From Felis catus (lineage: Eukaryota): DNA of 64,000 bases. The stretch covers positions 207,392,001 through 207,456,000 of the forward strand of contig NC_058368.1 of the NCBI RefSeq assembly GCF_018350175.1, in the 5' to 3' direction. Below, piece after piece: positions 54,428-64,000 of the stretch (position 1 is its first letter; each line of letters starts with the position of its first letter). The notes below the pieces were generated by a model. It worked only from the letters and a program-made list of their open reading frames with translations, was not told the origin of the DNA and did no database searches. The translations under genes and the position numbers were made by a program.

Positions 54428-54890
54428 GTGTATTCGTTTCCTAGGGCTGCCATAGCAAAACACCAAAAATGAGGTGGCTTCAAACCATGGAAACCCATTT
54501 CCTTACAGTCCTGAGACCAGAAGCCCCAAATCAAGATGTCAGCAGGGTGTGCTTCTTCCGGAAGCTCTGAGGGAGAACGCGTTCCGTGTTTCTCTCCCGG
54601 CTTCTGGTGGACATTGGCAATCCTTGGCATTCCTGCTTTGTAGATGTGTCAATCCACTCTTTACCTCCGTACTCACATTACCTTCTCTTTTGTGTGTCTC
54701 TTTGTTTCAAATATCCCTTTGCCTTTCTCTTATAAGGACATCTGTTATGGGGTTTAGGGCCCTCCCTAAGTCCAGGATGATACCAACTCAAGATCTTTAC
54801 TTACAACTGCAAATACCTTTTCCCCAAATAAGGACAAACTCAAAGGTTCGAGGGTTAGAATTTGGAAATGTCTTTTTTAGGGGTCACTAC
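54428..54890. mobile_element. MaLR solo LTR (MLT1-like)
   Basis: 'tgtattcgtttcctagggctgccatagcaaaacacca...aaatcaagatgtcagcagg...cttataaggaca...ctgcaaatacctttt.cccaaataagg'. Confidence 0.85.
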
Positions 54891-55019
54891 ATGTATGTAA
54901 CAGCGCATCTCAGTAGCTAGTAGGAGGCTTCTCAGAAGAGATCCATTAGTGTAACATGAGAGGAACTTGGGGCCAGACATCCTGGGTTAGACCCAGGTTC
55001 TACCTCTTAGCAGCTCTAT

Positions 55020-55056
55020 AGTTGTTGTTGTTTTTTTAATGTTTTTATTTATTTTT

Positions 55057-55087
<31 letters not shown>

Positions 55088-55262
55088 TGTGAGTGGGGGA
55101 AGAGCAGAGAGAGAGAGAGAGAAGGAGACCCAGAATCTGAAACAGGCTCCAGGCTCCAAGCTGTCAGCACAGAGCCCGACGTGGGGCTAGAACTTGGGAC
55201 CAGCGGGATCACTACGTAGGCGGAAGTCAGACGCCCAGTCGACTGAGCCACCCAGGCGCCCC
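55020..55262 (-). mobile_element. CAN-SINE inserted in a MIR remnant
   Basis: SINEC body; TSD agcagct(c/g)tatagtt. Confidence 0.93.
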
Positions 55263-55814
55263 AGCAGCTGTATAGTTTAAAAACCCCGTGCCTTGGCTTT
55301 TCCTATCAAAATACTCATAGGGTTACTCTGAGTAACCTACTAATACCTGGCCCCCGACTAAGTCTTGAGTAAACAGGGCTTTGGGTCCTCTGCTATGTAA
55401 GACTTTAACCTGTAAAGAGATTGCCTCCCTGACTGCTTACCAGTCAGGTACCTTTGAGCAAAATTAACAATGAAATCTCCAGTTTAAATCATTCAGGTAA
55501 CATTAGTCATACATAGATTTCTGTACATATATGTTTTTAAAGACTATTAAGACTATAAAGACCATTTAAAGACTCATGGAGGGAGAGATGAAGAACTGAC
55601 CTTGGGGAAAACATGTTGACATTTATGAAGTAAGCAAAGTGCAATTTAGGCTGATGGAGCCTCAAAAATTTTATCCTTTAGTTACCTATAAAATAGCATG
55701 TATTTCTTTGGGTGCACTTGATCCTTGAATTTAAAAAGCTCAAATAAATGGATGCTTTAACAACAGAATTAAGCTTTTTTGGGGTGGGAGGAATGTACCA
55801 GTCAGCGAATGGTC

Positions 55815-55988
55815 TTTTTTTTTTTTTTTTCTTTTATTTGTTTTTGAGAAAAAGCGTACAAGCAGGGAAGGGGCAGAGAGGGAGGGGGACAGAGGATCTG
55901 AAGAAGGCTCTGGGGCTAAAACTCACAAATCCCGAGATCATGACCTGAGTCGAAGTTGGATGCTCAACCAACTGAGCCACCCAGGCAT
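55815..55988 (-). mobile_element. CAN-SINE with internal deletion
   Basis: Poly-T tail and a diverged, shortened body. Confidence 0.85.
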
Positions 55989-56697
55989 CACAGTCCATGG
56001 GTGGTCTTAACACGATTACAAAACTATGAATGGCTCGGCTGTGCCTCTGGTCTTCAGTCCGTGTAGAAGGTTAAACTTTCTCTAGCTCTCTCAGAAGCTG
56101 TGTAGAAACTTTGACTCCTGGGACGTGAAAAAACCTTTAGAAACATTAGTTCACTTCCGTGTGTTTACAGTGACTCTGAGTTTTTCTGTTTTATCTACCA
56201 TGATACATAGAGAAGTTTTATAAGAGCACATACCACAACTTCCTTGAGGATAATAAGGCTAAATAGTAGCATAAAAGTATTTACGCTCAATGAATTGCAC
56301 AATAGACATCCCATAAATACATTCATCCCCTGGTACGTTTAAGTGTTAATGTCAAAAATGCTTGTCTTTTAAAGTATAGCGGTTAGATAGCCCAGAAGCC
56401 ATCTCCAGAATCCTAACACATAAAAAATCTATATTTATCAATGGGAATAAGATAAAGTTTATAACGCTATTCCTGACACTGCCTTTGCAACTAAATGGGT
56501 TTTTGAAGAACCAGGATTCATTACTGTCCAATTTGAAATGCCAAAATATTTCTGTTTTGCTATGAAACCCTATTTCTGTATGTGTGACACATTTTGATCC
56601 CTACCTTTAATACTAGATTTTTATGCCAAAATTCCAATGCAAACTACTTAGGTAGGTAATCATTAAATGTTACTAGATTGCTTTAAAAAAAAATCTA

Positions 56698-56915
56698 GGG
56701 GGCGCCTGGGTGGCTTAGTCGGTTAAGCGTCTGACTTCAGCTCAGGTCATGATCTCACGGTCCATGAGTTCGGGCCCCACGTCGGGCTCTGTGCTGCCCG
56801 TTCAGAGCCTGGACCCTGCTTCAGATTCTGTGTCTCCCCCTCTCTCTGCCCCTCCCCTGCTCATGCTCTGTCTCTCTCTGTCTCAAAAAAAAAATAAAAG
56901 CATTAAAAAAAATTT
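56698..56915 (+). mobile_element. CAN-SINE
   Basis: Full body; aaatctag at both flanks. Confidence 0.95.
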
Positions 56916-57132
56916 TTTTTTTAAATCTAGTAAACACCCTCTTTCCATTTTGGAAACTACAAAGGAAACAGTCCTACCCACTCCTCTTCAGAATTCAGTC
57001 TGTTTGTTTATTCAGAAAGAACAAACTGAGTCTGAAGAAATACACTCCTAAATCACTGGTTGTAAGCCTTTTAGCACAAAGTCTGGATTTGCTGTCTTAC
57101 GATCTCATTATGCCTCTAAACTCTGCCTACAG

Positions 57133-57228
57133 GTATCTGTAGCAGGTTATGTTCGTTTGAGACTGCGGGGATCGCCTGGTGTCACTAGCCTTCTGCTGGT
57201 GCTGGAGTTGGCTGTCTGCCTTCTTGCC
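57133..57228 (+). other. DAB2: DAB2 exon 2, 5' UTR portion
   Basis: Acceptor ctctgcctacAG at 57131-57132 with a CTAAA branch-like motif upstream; continuous with the ATG at 57229. Confidence 0.8.
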
Positions 57229-57319
57229 ATGTCTAACGAAGTAGAGACGAGCACAACTAATGGTCAGCCTGACCAACAGGCTGCACCAAAAGCACCGTCG
57301 AAGAAGGAAAAAAAGAAAG
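57229..57319 (+). CDS. DAB2: DAB2 exon 2 coding part (aa 1-30 plus 1 nt): MSNEVETSTTNGQPDQQAAPKAPSKKEKKK
   Basis: Kozak gccATG; recognisable DAB2 N-terminus with Ser24; donor G|GTATGG; 91 nt. Confidence 0.97.
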
Positions 57320-58327
57320 GTATGGAGCAATCCTCTTGAGGCCGCTGAGGGGAGCGCGGGTTGGCTACCTCTGAAGAAATGTGAGGCTCGGGGCAAATGA
57401 ACCAAGAGCTGGCCCTTGCCTCACTTCAACCTCCGCCTCATGTCAGGTTCTCCTCAGCAGGAAGGTTGGACTTTGGCAGAGATTAGTTTGCTCCACTTAG
57501 AATAAGACCTGTGTCTGGATGGGGTGATTGCCCCAACTTGGATCTTGCTGGGGAACGTTCATAGCAGCTTGTTTGGTTGATAAACACAACTATCAATTAT
57601 TCTTTGATTATCTTTCAGGAACCTGTTCACCACTTTGCTTTACTGAAGTACCTGTTTTTCAAAAACCAAGATCTTTATTTTTTTAGACCCTGTTCTCTTG
57701 ACCTGAAGTACCACCAGAAAGTGCCAGAATCCTTAATCATTCGTAGTTTGAGAATGTGCCCTGGTTTGTTTGCCTTTTGCTAGTATACATTAGCTATGGG
57801 AATGAGACTGAACAGTCTTTTCAAGAAAAGCAAAAGAAGTTATAAAGATGAGATAATAATCTTAATAATTTTCAAAGGAATTTACTCACAATTTTCTTCT
57901 GCTTTATTGACAGTTCAAAATGTTAACAAATAGAGAAATGGCTTACTTTTCTTTATTTAAAAAAAGGCATTACCCTCCTTACTTCCTTTTAAAGATATTT
58001 TTTTTTAATTATGATGAAGGATATCCCCAAATCCCACCCCATATATTTCCATAAATTTCCCATAATTCAGTCCATTTTGTACCTTTAAGAGTTTATTTTT
58101 TCTCCACCCCAACACCATATACAGTATCACAGAACGTGCTTTTACTCAAAGGAAGTAAGAATAGAGATACAACATTGCATAGTTGATCAACTGTAATATG
58201 ACCAGTATTTATACTACTCAGATTTGGAGATTCTGGAACATACTTGGTCATACCCTGGGGATGATATTTAAAGACATTTACAAATTTTATCCTAGATAAA
58301 TTTTATCCTTTTTCCCCCCCTCCTCAG

Positions 58328-58467
58328 GCTCTGAAAAGACAGATGAGTACCTTTTGGCCAGATTCAAAGGTGATGGTGTAAAATATAAGGCCAAGCTGAT
58401 TGGCATTGATGATGTGCCCGATGCAAGAGGGGATAAAATGAGCCAAGATTCTATGATGAAACTAAAG
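58328..58467 (+). CDS. DAB2: DAB2 exon 3: (G)[46 protein letters not shown], start of PTB/PID domain, RGD at aa 64-66
   Basis: Polypyrimidine tract plus CAG acceptor; AAG|GTAAAA donor; 140 nt restores frame after the 91-nt exon 2 CDS. Confidence 0.98.
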
Positions 58468-58759
58468 GTAAAAGGGAAAAGCATGCTTTGTCTCCATCTT
58501 ACGCAAATATCCAACAGAGGGAATTATATCAGAATTTTGTGTTTACCTATATCTCAATTATTTGAAAGAAAAACATTTCTAATCACATAATTGATCCTGT
58601 GGTACCTCATTTTATGAGGAAACATGACTTTGTTCACATATTTTGTCTGCTGTTCTAAAGACCTGGCTTAATCAAGTATTGCGGGACTCTAGATGCCTTT
58701 TCCTTTGGGCAAATCAAGTTTTAGGTCCTGGAAGTATTCAGATAAAATTCAGGTCTCTA

Positions 58760-58990
58760 GGGGCACCTGGGTGGCTCAGTCACTTAAGTGTCCGACTTCG
58801 GCTCAGGTCATGATCTCGCAGTTTGTGAGTCTGAGCCCCACATCGGGCTCTGTGCTGACAGCTCAGAGCCCGGAGCCTGCTTCAGATTCTGTGTCTCCCT
58901 CTCTCGCTGCCCCTCCCCTGCTCACACTCCGCCTCTCTCTCTCTCAAAAATAAATAATGATTTAAAAATTTTTTAAATATTCTAAAAATA
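58760..58990 (+). mobile_element. CAN-SINE in intron 3
   Basis: TSD ataaaattcaggtctcta on both sides. Confidence 0.95.
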
Positions 58991-59400
58991 AATAAAATTC
59001 AGGTCTCTATTTGGAAACTATGGCTCTTTAGTATTAGCCTTTTGGTTTTTTTTAATTTTTAAATTATAGTATTGTCACTGTGTGAACCTAATAAATAATA
59101 ATTGTTAAGTATGACAAGACCTAGAAGGAACATCTTTGAAGGTCTAATTCAGTCCTGTGTTTACCAATGACTATTCTGAAGCCGAGAGAATTAGAAGGAC
59201 TTATCCAAGTTCACACAGCTAACTCACGATGTCCTGGCTCAGTGTCTTCTATTTCATTCTGCATCTATTCTGAAAGGTGCCTAATCCTTTCATAGATGGC
59301 AAACCAGGCTGAAAATAAAACTATCTTTTAAATGATTTAGTATCCAAAGCATCATAGGGTAGTTTTAACTAGATTTTTCTTGTTTTCCCACTCTCATCAG

Positions 59401-59499
59401 GGAATGGCGGCAGCTGGTCGGTCTCAGGGACAACACAAACAAAGGATCTGGGTCAACATTTCCCTTTCTGGGATAAAAATAATTGATGAGAAAACTGGG
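59401..59499 (+). CDS. DAB2: DAB2 exon 4: GMAAAGRSQGQHKQRIWVNISLSGIKIIDEKTG
   Basis: CAG acceptor at 59398-59400; GGG|GTAAGA donor; 99 nt; too short for the ORF track, translated by hand. Confidence 0.98.
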
Positions 59500-61182
59500 G
59501 TAAGAATCCGCTTTCACTGACACCTTTCTGACCACCTTAGTCTCACAAACGATGTGACTTAACTCTCAGTTCTCTGTTTCCCTTTTCAAAATTCTGTGGG
59601 GGAAAAAAATAATAATACATGTTACTTTTCTAGAGAAAACAGGCAGAAAATAGGGTAGGAAGTGAGGAGTCAAGACACTTTATTTTGAAATTTATTCTCT
59701 GTAATGGATGTGAGCCTCCATAAACACAGATATAGCATAAACACAGATATGCTATAAATATCACTTCGGCATTTTTTAGACCTCAAGTACACAGAACTAG
59801 ATTAACCCTACTTCCTGGTTTGTGAAGCTGTCGTAGGTCTATGCCTGGGTCTCATTTTAATGTATTGATTACCTGCAAACTTACTGGCTAACCCGAAGCT
59901 AGAATATTATCCGTAACACATCTACCTTTTCTTTCTTCTCTCTTTTCCCTTCTTCCTCACCTGCAGTTATAATCTCTCATCCTGTAGGTATAAATTTGTG
60001 CATTTACTTGTGGTTGCTGTTGTTTGACCGCATATGAAAGGTATTACTTATTTTGTTTGTTTTTCTGCCACCGTATCAAAAAACTGTCATACTACAGGTT
60101 CTCTGGGACTTTCTTCTCTGCTCAACATAACATCATGAGATGTATTTACTTAAAATGTTATTTGTAGCTCATTTGCGTTTCTGTAAATCAAGGTACTCTG
60201 TTATAGTAAGGTACTATTGGGAGACCTCCAATTATCAACCATCCCTTCGTAGAGATGTCTGTTATCTATCATGCAAAGTCCACTGGTCAAATACAGAGCC
60301 CTGGAACCCTGGCAGCCACTCACTTACCCTGCTCACCCTTGTGCACTGCTGTTTCTCTTGTCCCTCATCTCTCAAGTGTTATCTTCCCAAGCCCATCAGA
60401 GAATGGTGGCAGGTTTCCCTCAAGCATTCCCTTGTTCCCCAAACCTTCTAAGATATCCAATGTATACTCTCCAGTGGCCTTAGGCATCTAGACAAAAACT
60501 GAGGTATCTTATGACCACCTACAGATATCCCTGAAGGGTTGAGCCCTGCTGTGTGCTTGAAAGGATCAAGAAAAAGGGGAGTGGAGGGAATAGATGGGAA
60601 GGCACCACTAAACCAATAACCCCCTGCCCCAGGCAACTCGTGGATAGTGAGGTGGACATGGGAAAAACTTGATACAAGCATTTGGCAACTTGCAGAATGT
60701 TCTGGGGATGATTGTTCTAACAATACTTCAGATGCTTTTCTGGCCACTCAGAGCCATTGTCGAAAGATCCCATAACGAACTTAGTTATGCTGTTCACCTA
60801 AGTTTGTCTTTGAGTTGGGAAAGTCAACCCACATAGATGGTTTAGCAATGAAATGTGCCATCTTTGCTTTAGAAATTCTTGGTCTCCTAATACAGTCCTC
60901 AATCCTTTCTTGCTATGTGGCATCATATCTTTGGGATGGAGACAATCAAGTATCAATATTCTAGGAAGTGTTTTTCCCACTTCTGTTTTCTCCTCTTTGT
61001 TCCTTTTGGAGCCCTTACTAACAAGAATAAATGTAGCTCTAACCTTCAACCAGAGGCAAAAATTTCTTTCTTCAAGTGTTTTGGCTTTTTTATATACGCC
61101 CAAATATCTGATGCTTCATCGTGCTGCCATATAAATAGATTCTAGTTTGAGCAATAAAACATTTTTTATGTTTATTTTTCAG

Positions 61183-61314
61183 GTAATAGAGCATGAACAC
61201 CCAGTAAATAAAATTTCTTTCATTGCCCGTGATGTGACAGACAACCGGGCATTTGGGTATGTGTGTGGAGGAGAAGGCCAGCATCAGTTTTTTGCCATAA
61301 AAACAGGACAACAG
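61183..61314 (+). CDS. DAB2: DAB2 exon 5: [44 protein letters not shown]
   Basis: ttttcAG acceptor; CAG|GTAAGC donor; 132 nt; PTB core. Confidence 0.98.
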
Positions 61315-61469
61315 GTAAGCTCCAAGCCTTGAGATACACCTGGAGGGAGACTTGTCCTCAGTTCATCATAGAGTGTCTGTCACTCAACTAGAGAGCTGGC
61401 TAGAGACAGTTAGATGTAGGAGGACTAAACAGTGACTCGAAGATGACTATCTTTATTGGTCTTAGGAAT

Positions 61470-61674
61470 CATTTTTCATGCTTATTTATTTATTCTGAGA
61501 GAGAGAGACAGAGAGAGGCAGAGATAGAGAGAGACAGAGACAGAGAATCCCAAGCAGGTTCCGTGCTGCCAGTGCAGAGCCCAACGTGGGGCTCAAACCC
61601 ACAAACTGTGAGATCATGACCTGAGCTGAAATCAAGAGTCAGTTGCTGAACCGACTGAGCCACTCAGGTGCCCC
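61470..61674 (-). mobile_element. CAN-SINE in intron 5
   Basis: SINEC reverse complement; TSD aggaatcat. Confidence 0.92.
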
Positions 61675-62032
61675 AGGAATCATGTTTAAATGTCATTGAG
61701 ACCCATATTGTGTATGGACAAGGATTGTTAGAATGGACTTTCTCCTAAGGTGAATGTTGATTTTGGAACAATAGTGAATGATTCCCCAAAATCCTGAAGC
61801 AGTTGGAAAACTATCATGATCCTTCTTGTTTTGTTTAAATACTTACTAACTCTGCCAGCCTGTATGTATCTGGCAGTGGGGATTGAGGTAGTGGTGATTC
61901 CCTCTAAACCGGGGGAGGATAGTAAGGAACTTTAAGAGAAAGGAAGAAACAGTACTAATAAGAACTGATGAGGACAAAGAGAAGAAAATAGTAAGATTAA
62001 AATACTCATAAAGATGCTTTTTCTTGCTTTAG

Positions 62033-62113
62033 GCTGAGCCATTAGTTGTTGATCTTAAAGACCTCTTTCAAGTTATCTATAATGTAAAGAAAAAGGAAGA
62101 AGAAAAGAAAAAG
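62033..62113 (+). CDS. DAB2: DAB2 exon 6: AEPLVVDLKDLFQVIYNVKKKEEEKKK (PTB C-terminal helix); GC donor
   Basis: tttAG acceptor; 81 nt; followed by AAG|GCAAGT. Confidence 0.95.
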
Positions 62114-62494
62114 GCAAGTATTACCCAATATTGGCTCTGTTACACTTAAGACTATATTCAGGACCATGTTTGAACATTATGTAAATAAATATAGGGCATG
62201 TCTGCAGAGTTGACTTCTTTGTGGCTCTTCAAAGTATAGAAAGTATAGAAATGTATTGTCTATTTTTCCAACAGCAATTGATGGATGTTATAGTTAGATA
62301 CCTGATTTTCTGTTCCTGACTTTTGTTATCTGTCCCCACAAGCTTCACATTGGTTCTAAGGACTATACAGGTCGACCAAATTTAAGTTCAGAAACTGTAT
62401 TCAAATCTAGTATTGATATGAAAAGGGCAGGCCAGGAAATGTAGGGCAGAAATAATATGCAAGACTCTCTCTTGCCTTGTGCCAGTGAACCCAT

Positions 62495-62496
<2 letters not shown>

Positions 62497-62529
<33 letters not shown>

Positions 62530-62532
62530 AAA

Positions 62533-62576
<44 letters not shown>
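62497..62576. repeat. Compound (GT)15 and (AT)21 microsatellite
   Basis: GT run 62497-62526; AT run 62535-62576. Confidence 0.95.
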
Positions 62577-62578
<2 letters not shown>

Positions 62579-62638
62579 TAATTTAACTCCCTTTAACTGT
62601 AATTACAAAGATCACTGAATTTGTGTCTTTCTTTTTAG

Positions 62639-62665
62639 ATGGAAGAAGCCAACAAGGCAGTAGAG
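62639..62665 (+). CDS. DAB2: DAB2 exon 7, 27-nt microexon: MEEANKAVE
   Basis: Strong polypyrimidine tract plus TAG; GAG|GTAAAA donor; resembles the corresponding DAB2 peptide as I recall it (human IEEASKAVE). Confidence 0.92.
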
Positions 62666-62903
62666 GTAAAACTGCATCTTTATGTCTTATGAATTGCACA
62701 TGTGATGTGTATAAGTCCTTGTTTGCTACCTGTCCAAGCATGCTCCCCCACCAGCTTACGACCATGTGTTCATGATTCCTCTAGCCATAGAAGATGTACA
62801 GTCGAATGACCAGTGCCAAAATCATAACTGCTTAGCAAACCAATACACTAAGAAATTAAATTCTATAAGAAAAGTCACCCTTAAACATTTGCCATCTTTT
62901 CAG

Positions 62904-62957
62904 AACGGGAGTGAGACCCTGCTGACCCTTGATGACCAAGCTAACAAACTAAAATTG
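62904..62957 (+). CDS. DAB2: DAB2 exon 8: NGSETLLTLDDQANKLKL
   Basis: ttttcAG acceptor; TTG|GTATGT donor; 54 nt. Confidence 0.95.
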
Positions 62958-63163
62958 GTATGTATGTTATTTTTTGTGATTCTTATTTGCCTGAACATAG
63001 GTTTACTTCCTATAGATGTTGCTTATGCCAAATCTGCATTGAATACGTATGGACGTCCTATTATGACAACTATTTCCCTAAACATTAGTATAACATTTAT
63101 GTCAAGATACAAAGTAATCTTTTTAGTAGACACATTTGAATCTAATCCAAAGACTTTTTTAAG

Positions 63164-63241
63164 AGTGTGGATCAGATGGATTTGTTTGGGAACATGTCTA
63201 CACTTCCAGACCTAAATAGCCTAATATCAAATCTGTATTAG
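63164..63241 (+). other. Duplicated copy of exon 9, either a pseudo-exon or an alternative terminal exon: SVDQMDLFGNMSTLPDLNSLISNLY*
   Basis: Acceptor cttttttaAG at 63162-63163; same phase as exon 9; no indels; no donor at the equivalent position; TAG at 63239-63241; AATAAA at 63245 and 63251. The copy itself is certain; whether it is used is unproven. Confidence 0.6.
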
Positions 63242-63365
63242 TTAAATAAAAATAAAATTGTGACAATGGTTTTCCTAAGTCTTAGTTTAGGAAACAATTA
63301 CAACAATATACAAAGTACTATTTTTTAGTAGACACATCTGAATCTAATCCAAATACTTTTTCAAG

Positions 63366-63428
63366 GGTGTTGACCAGATGGATTTGTTTGGGGACATGTC
63401 TACACCTCCTGACCTAAATAGTCCAACA
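63366..63428 (+). CDS. DAB2: DAB2 exon 9: GVDQMDLFGDMSTPPDLNSPT (aa 209-229); the gene continues beyond the window
   Basis: ctttttcaAG acceptor; ACA|GTAAGT donor; 63 nt. Confidence 0.96.
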
Positions 63429-64000
63429 GTAAGTGTCTGTTTTTAAATTTGCAATGTAATGGAAATGGCATCTGTAACTCAAATTGGCAATTAACCAGAA
63501 ATCTCGAGCATCTCGAAACTTGGAAGATGACTGCTGATTTTTCTGCATAATGTATAAATGGCTCCTAGAACCAATTTGCATCTTAAGTTACCATGGGAAC
63601 ATATCAACACTAACTCAGATATATTAATTTTGCTTGGAGATTAGATTTGAGCAATAAGATAGGCAATGCAATCCTTTCTGGTATTATTTAGGATCAGAAG
63701 AAGAGCTGAAAAGTAATTCTTGGCAAAAGTCTACCTGAAGGAAGTATTTGCTAGATGATTAATTATAAAGCCACTTGGCTTCTTCAATATTTTTCTATTC
63801 TTTCTATTGTGATTTAGCGGCATAAGCTTGGTGTGAAGTAAGACTTAAAACAAATAAGATGTTCAGTTACGTTTAACCAAGGCCTGTTTTTGTTTAAAAA
63901 CGTTGTTCATTCTGTGCAGGATGCTATAGTGTATCAAATCTTCTTAATATTGCCCTATCCGTGACAACTACGTGAGAATGGAGCACTATTTTCCTTTAGA

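Larger units (their letters stand above)
63061..63428 (+). repeat. Diverged tandem duplication, period about 200 bp, covering the intron 8 3' end and exon 9
   Basis: 63061-63226 aligns with 63258-63428 (ttatgacaactatttccctaa / ttgtgacaatggttttcctaa; ttttagtagacacatYtgaatctaatccaaa; exon bodies match at 54/63 nt). Confidence 0.95.

Noticed and set aside
57157..57228. In-frame TTG-initiated 24-aa N-terminal extension of DAB2 with a hydrophobic, signal-peptide-like stretch (LLLVLELAVCLLA)
   Set aside because: Non-AUG start in poor context that overlaps the uORF2 stop; DAB2 is a cytosolic adaptor; no sequence support for its use.
58328..58332. Ser at residue 32 (KKKGSEK) where I recall Pro in human
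   Set aside because: I recall Ser in rodents as well, so this is probably ordinary variation; it cannot be verified here.
126..58976. Recurring similar ORFs (MAQSVKRLTSAQVMIS..., ...ERERERE...) that look like a protein family or spaced repeat array
   Set aside because: All are translations of CAN-SINE copies; they are dispersed retroposons with TSDs, not genes and not a CRISPR-like array.
59719..59752. 17-bp tandem duplication cataaacacagatat(ag) in intron 4
   Set aside because: Ordinary slippage duplication far from splice sites.
62766..63215. 149-aa ORF spanning exon 8 and intron 8
   Set aside because: It is exon 8 read through into AT-rich intron, and it crosses the exon 9 duplicate in the wrong frame.

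Overview
Mammalian genomic DNA from a felid (cat-like), judged from about 28 tRNA-derived CAN-SINEs of the SINEC_Fc type and carnivore L1 3' ends. Bases 1-26,200 are repeat-rich intergenic sequence. The rest is the 5' part of DAB2 (Disabled-2 clathrin adaptor) on the + strand: a CpG-island promoter, a non-coding exon 1 ending at 26679, a 30.45-kb intron 1, and coding exons 2-9 (57229-63428). These exons encode the first 229 aa, including the PTB/PID domain, and the gene runs off the right edge. The most interesting unexplained structure is a ~200-bp tandem duplication just upstream of exon 9. It left a second copy of exon 9 (63164-63241) that keeps its acceptor, branch-point motif and reading frame but has lost the donor. 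That copy ends in an in-frame TAG followed at once by two tandem AATAAA, so it is a candidate alternative terminal exon for a ~233-aa PTB-only DAB2. Other observations are a GC-AG intron, a 27-nt microexon next to a (GT)n/(AT)n tract, two short uORFs, repeated retrotransposon insertion into identical target sites, and inverted SINE pairs flanking exons. Repeat family names are pattern-recognition calls, not database results, and repeat boundaries are approximate. Almost all ORFs in the supplied track are spurious.
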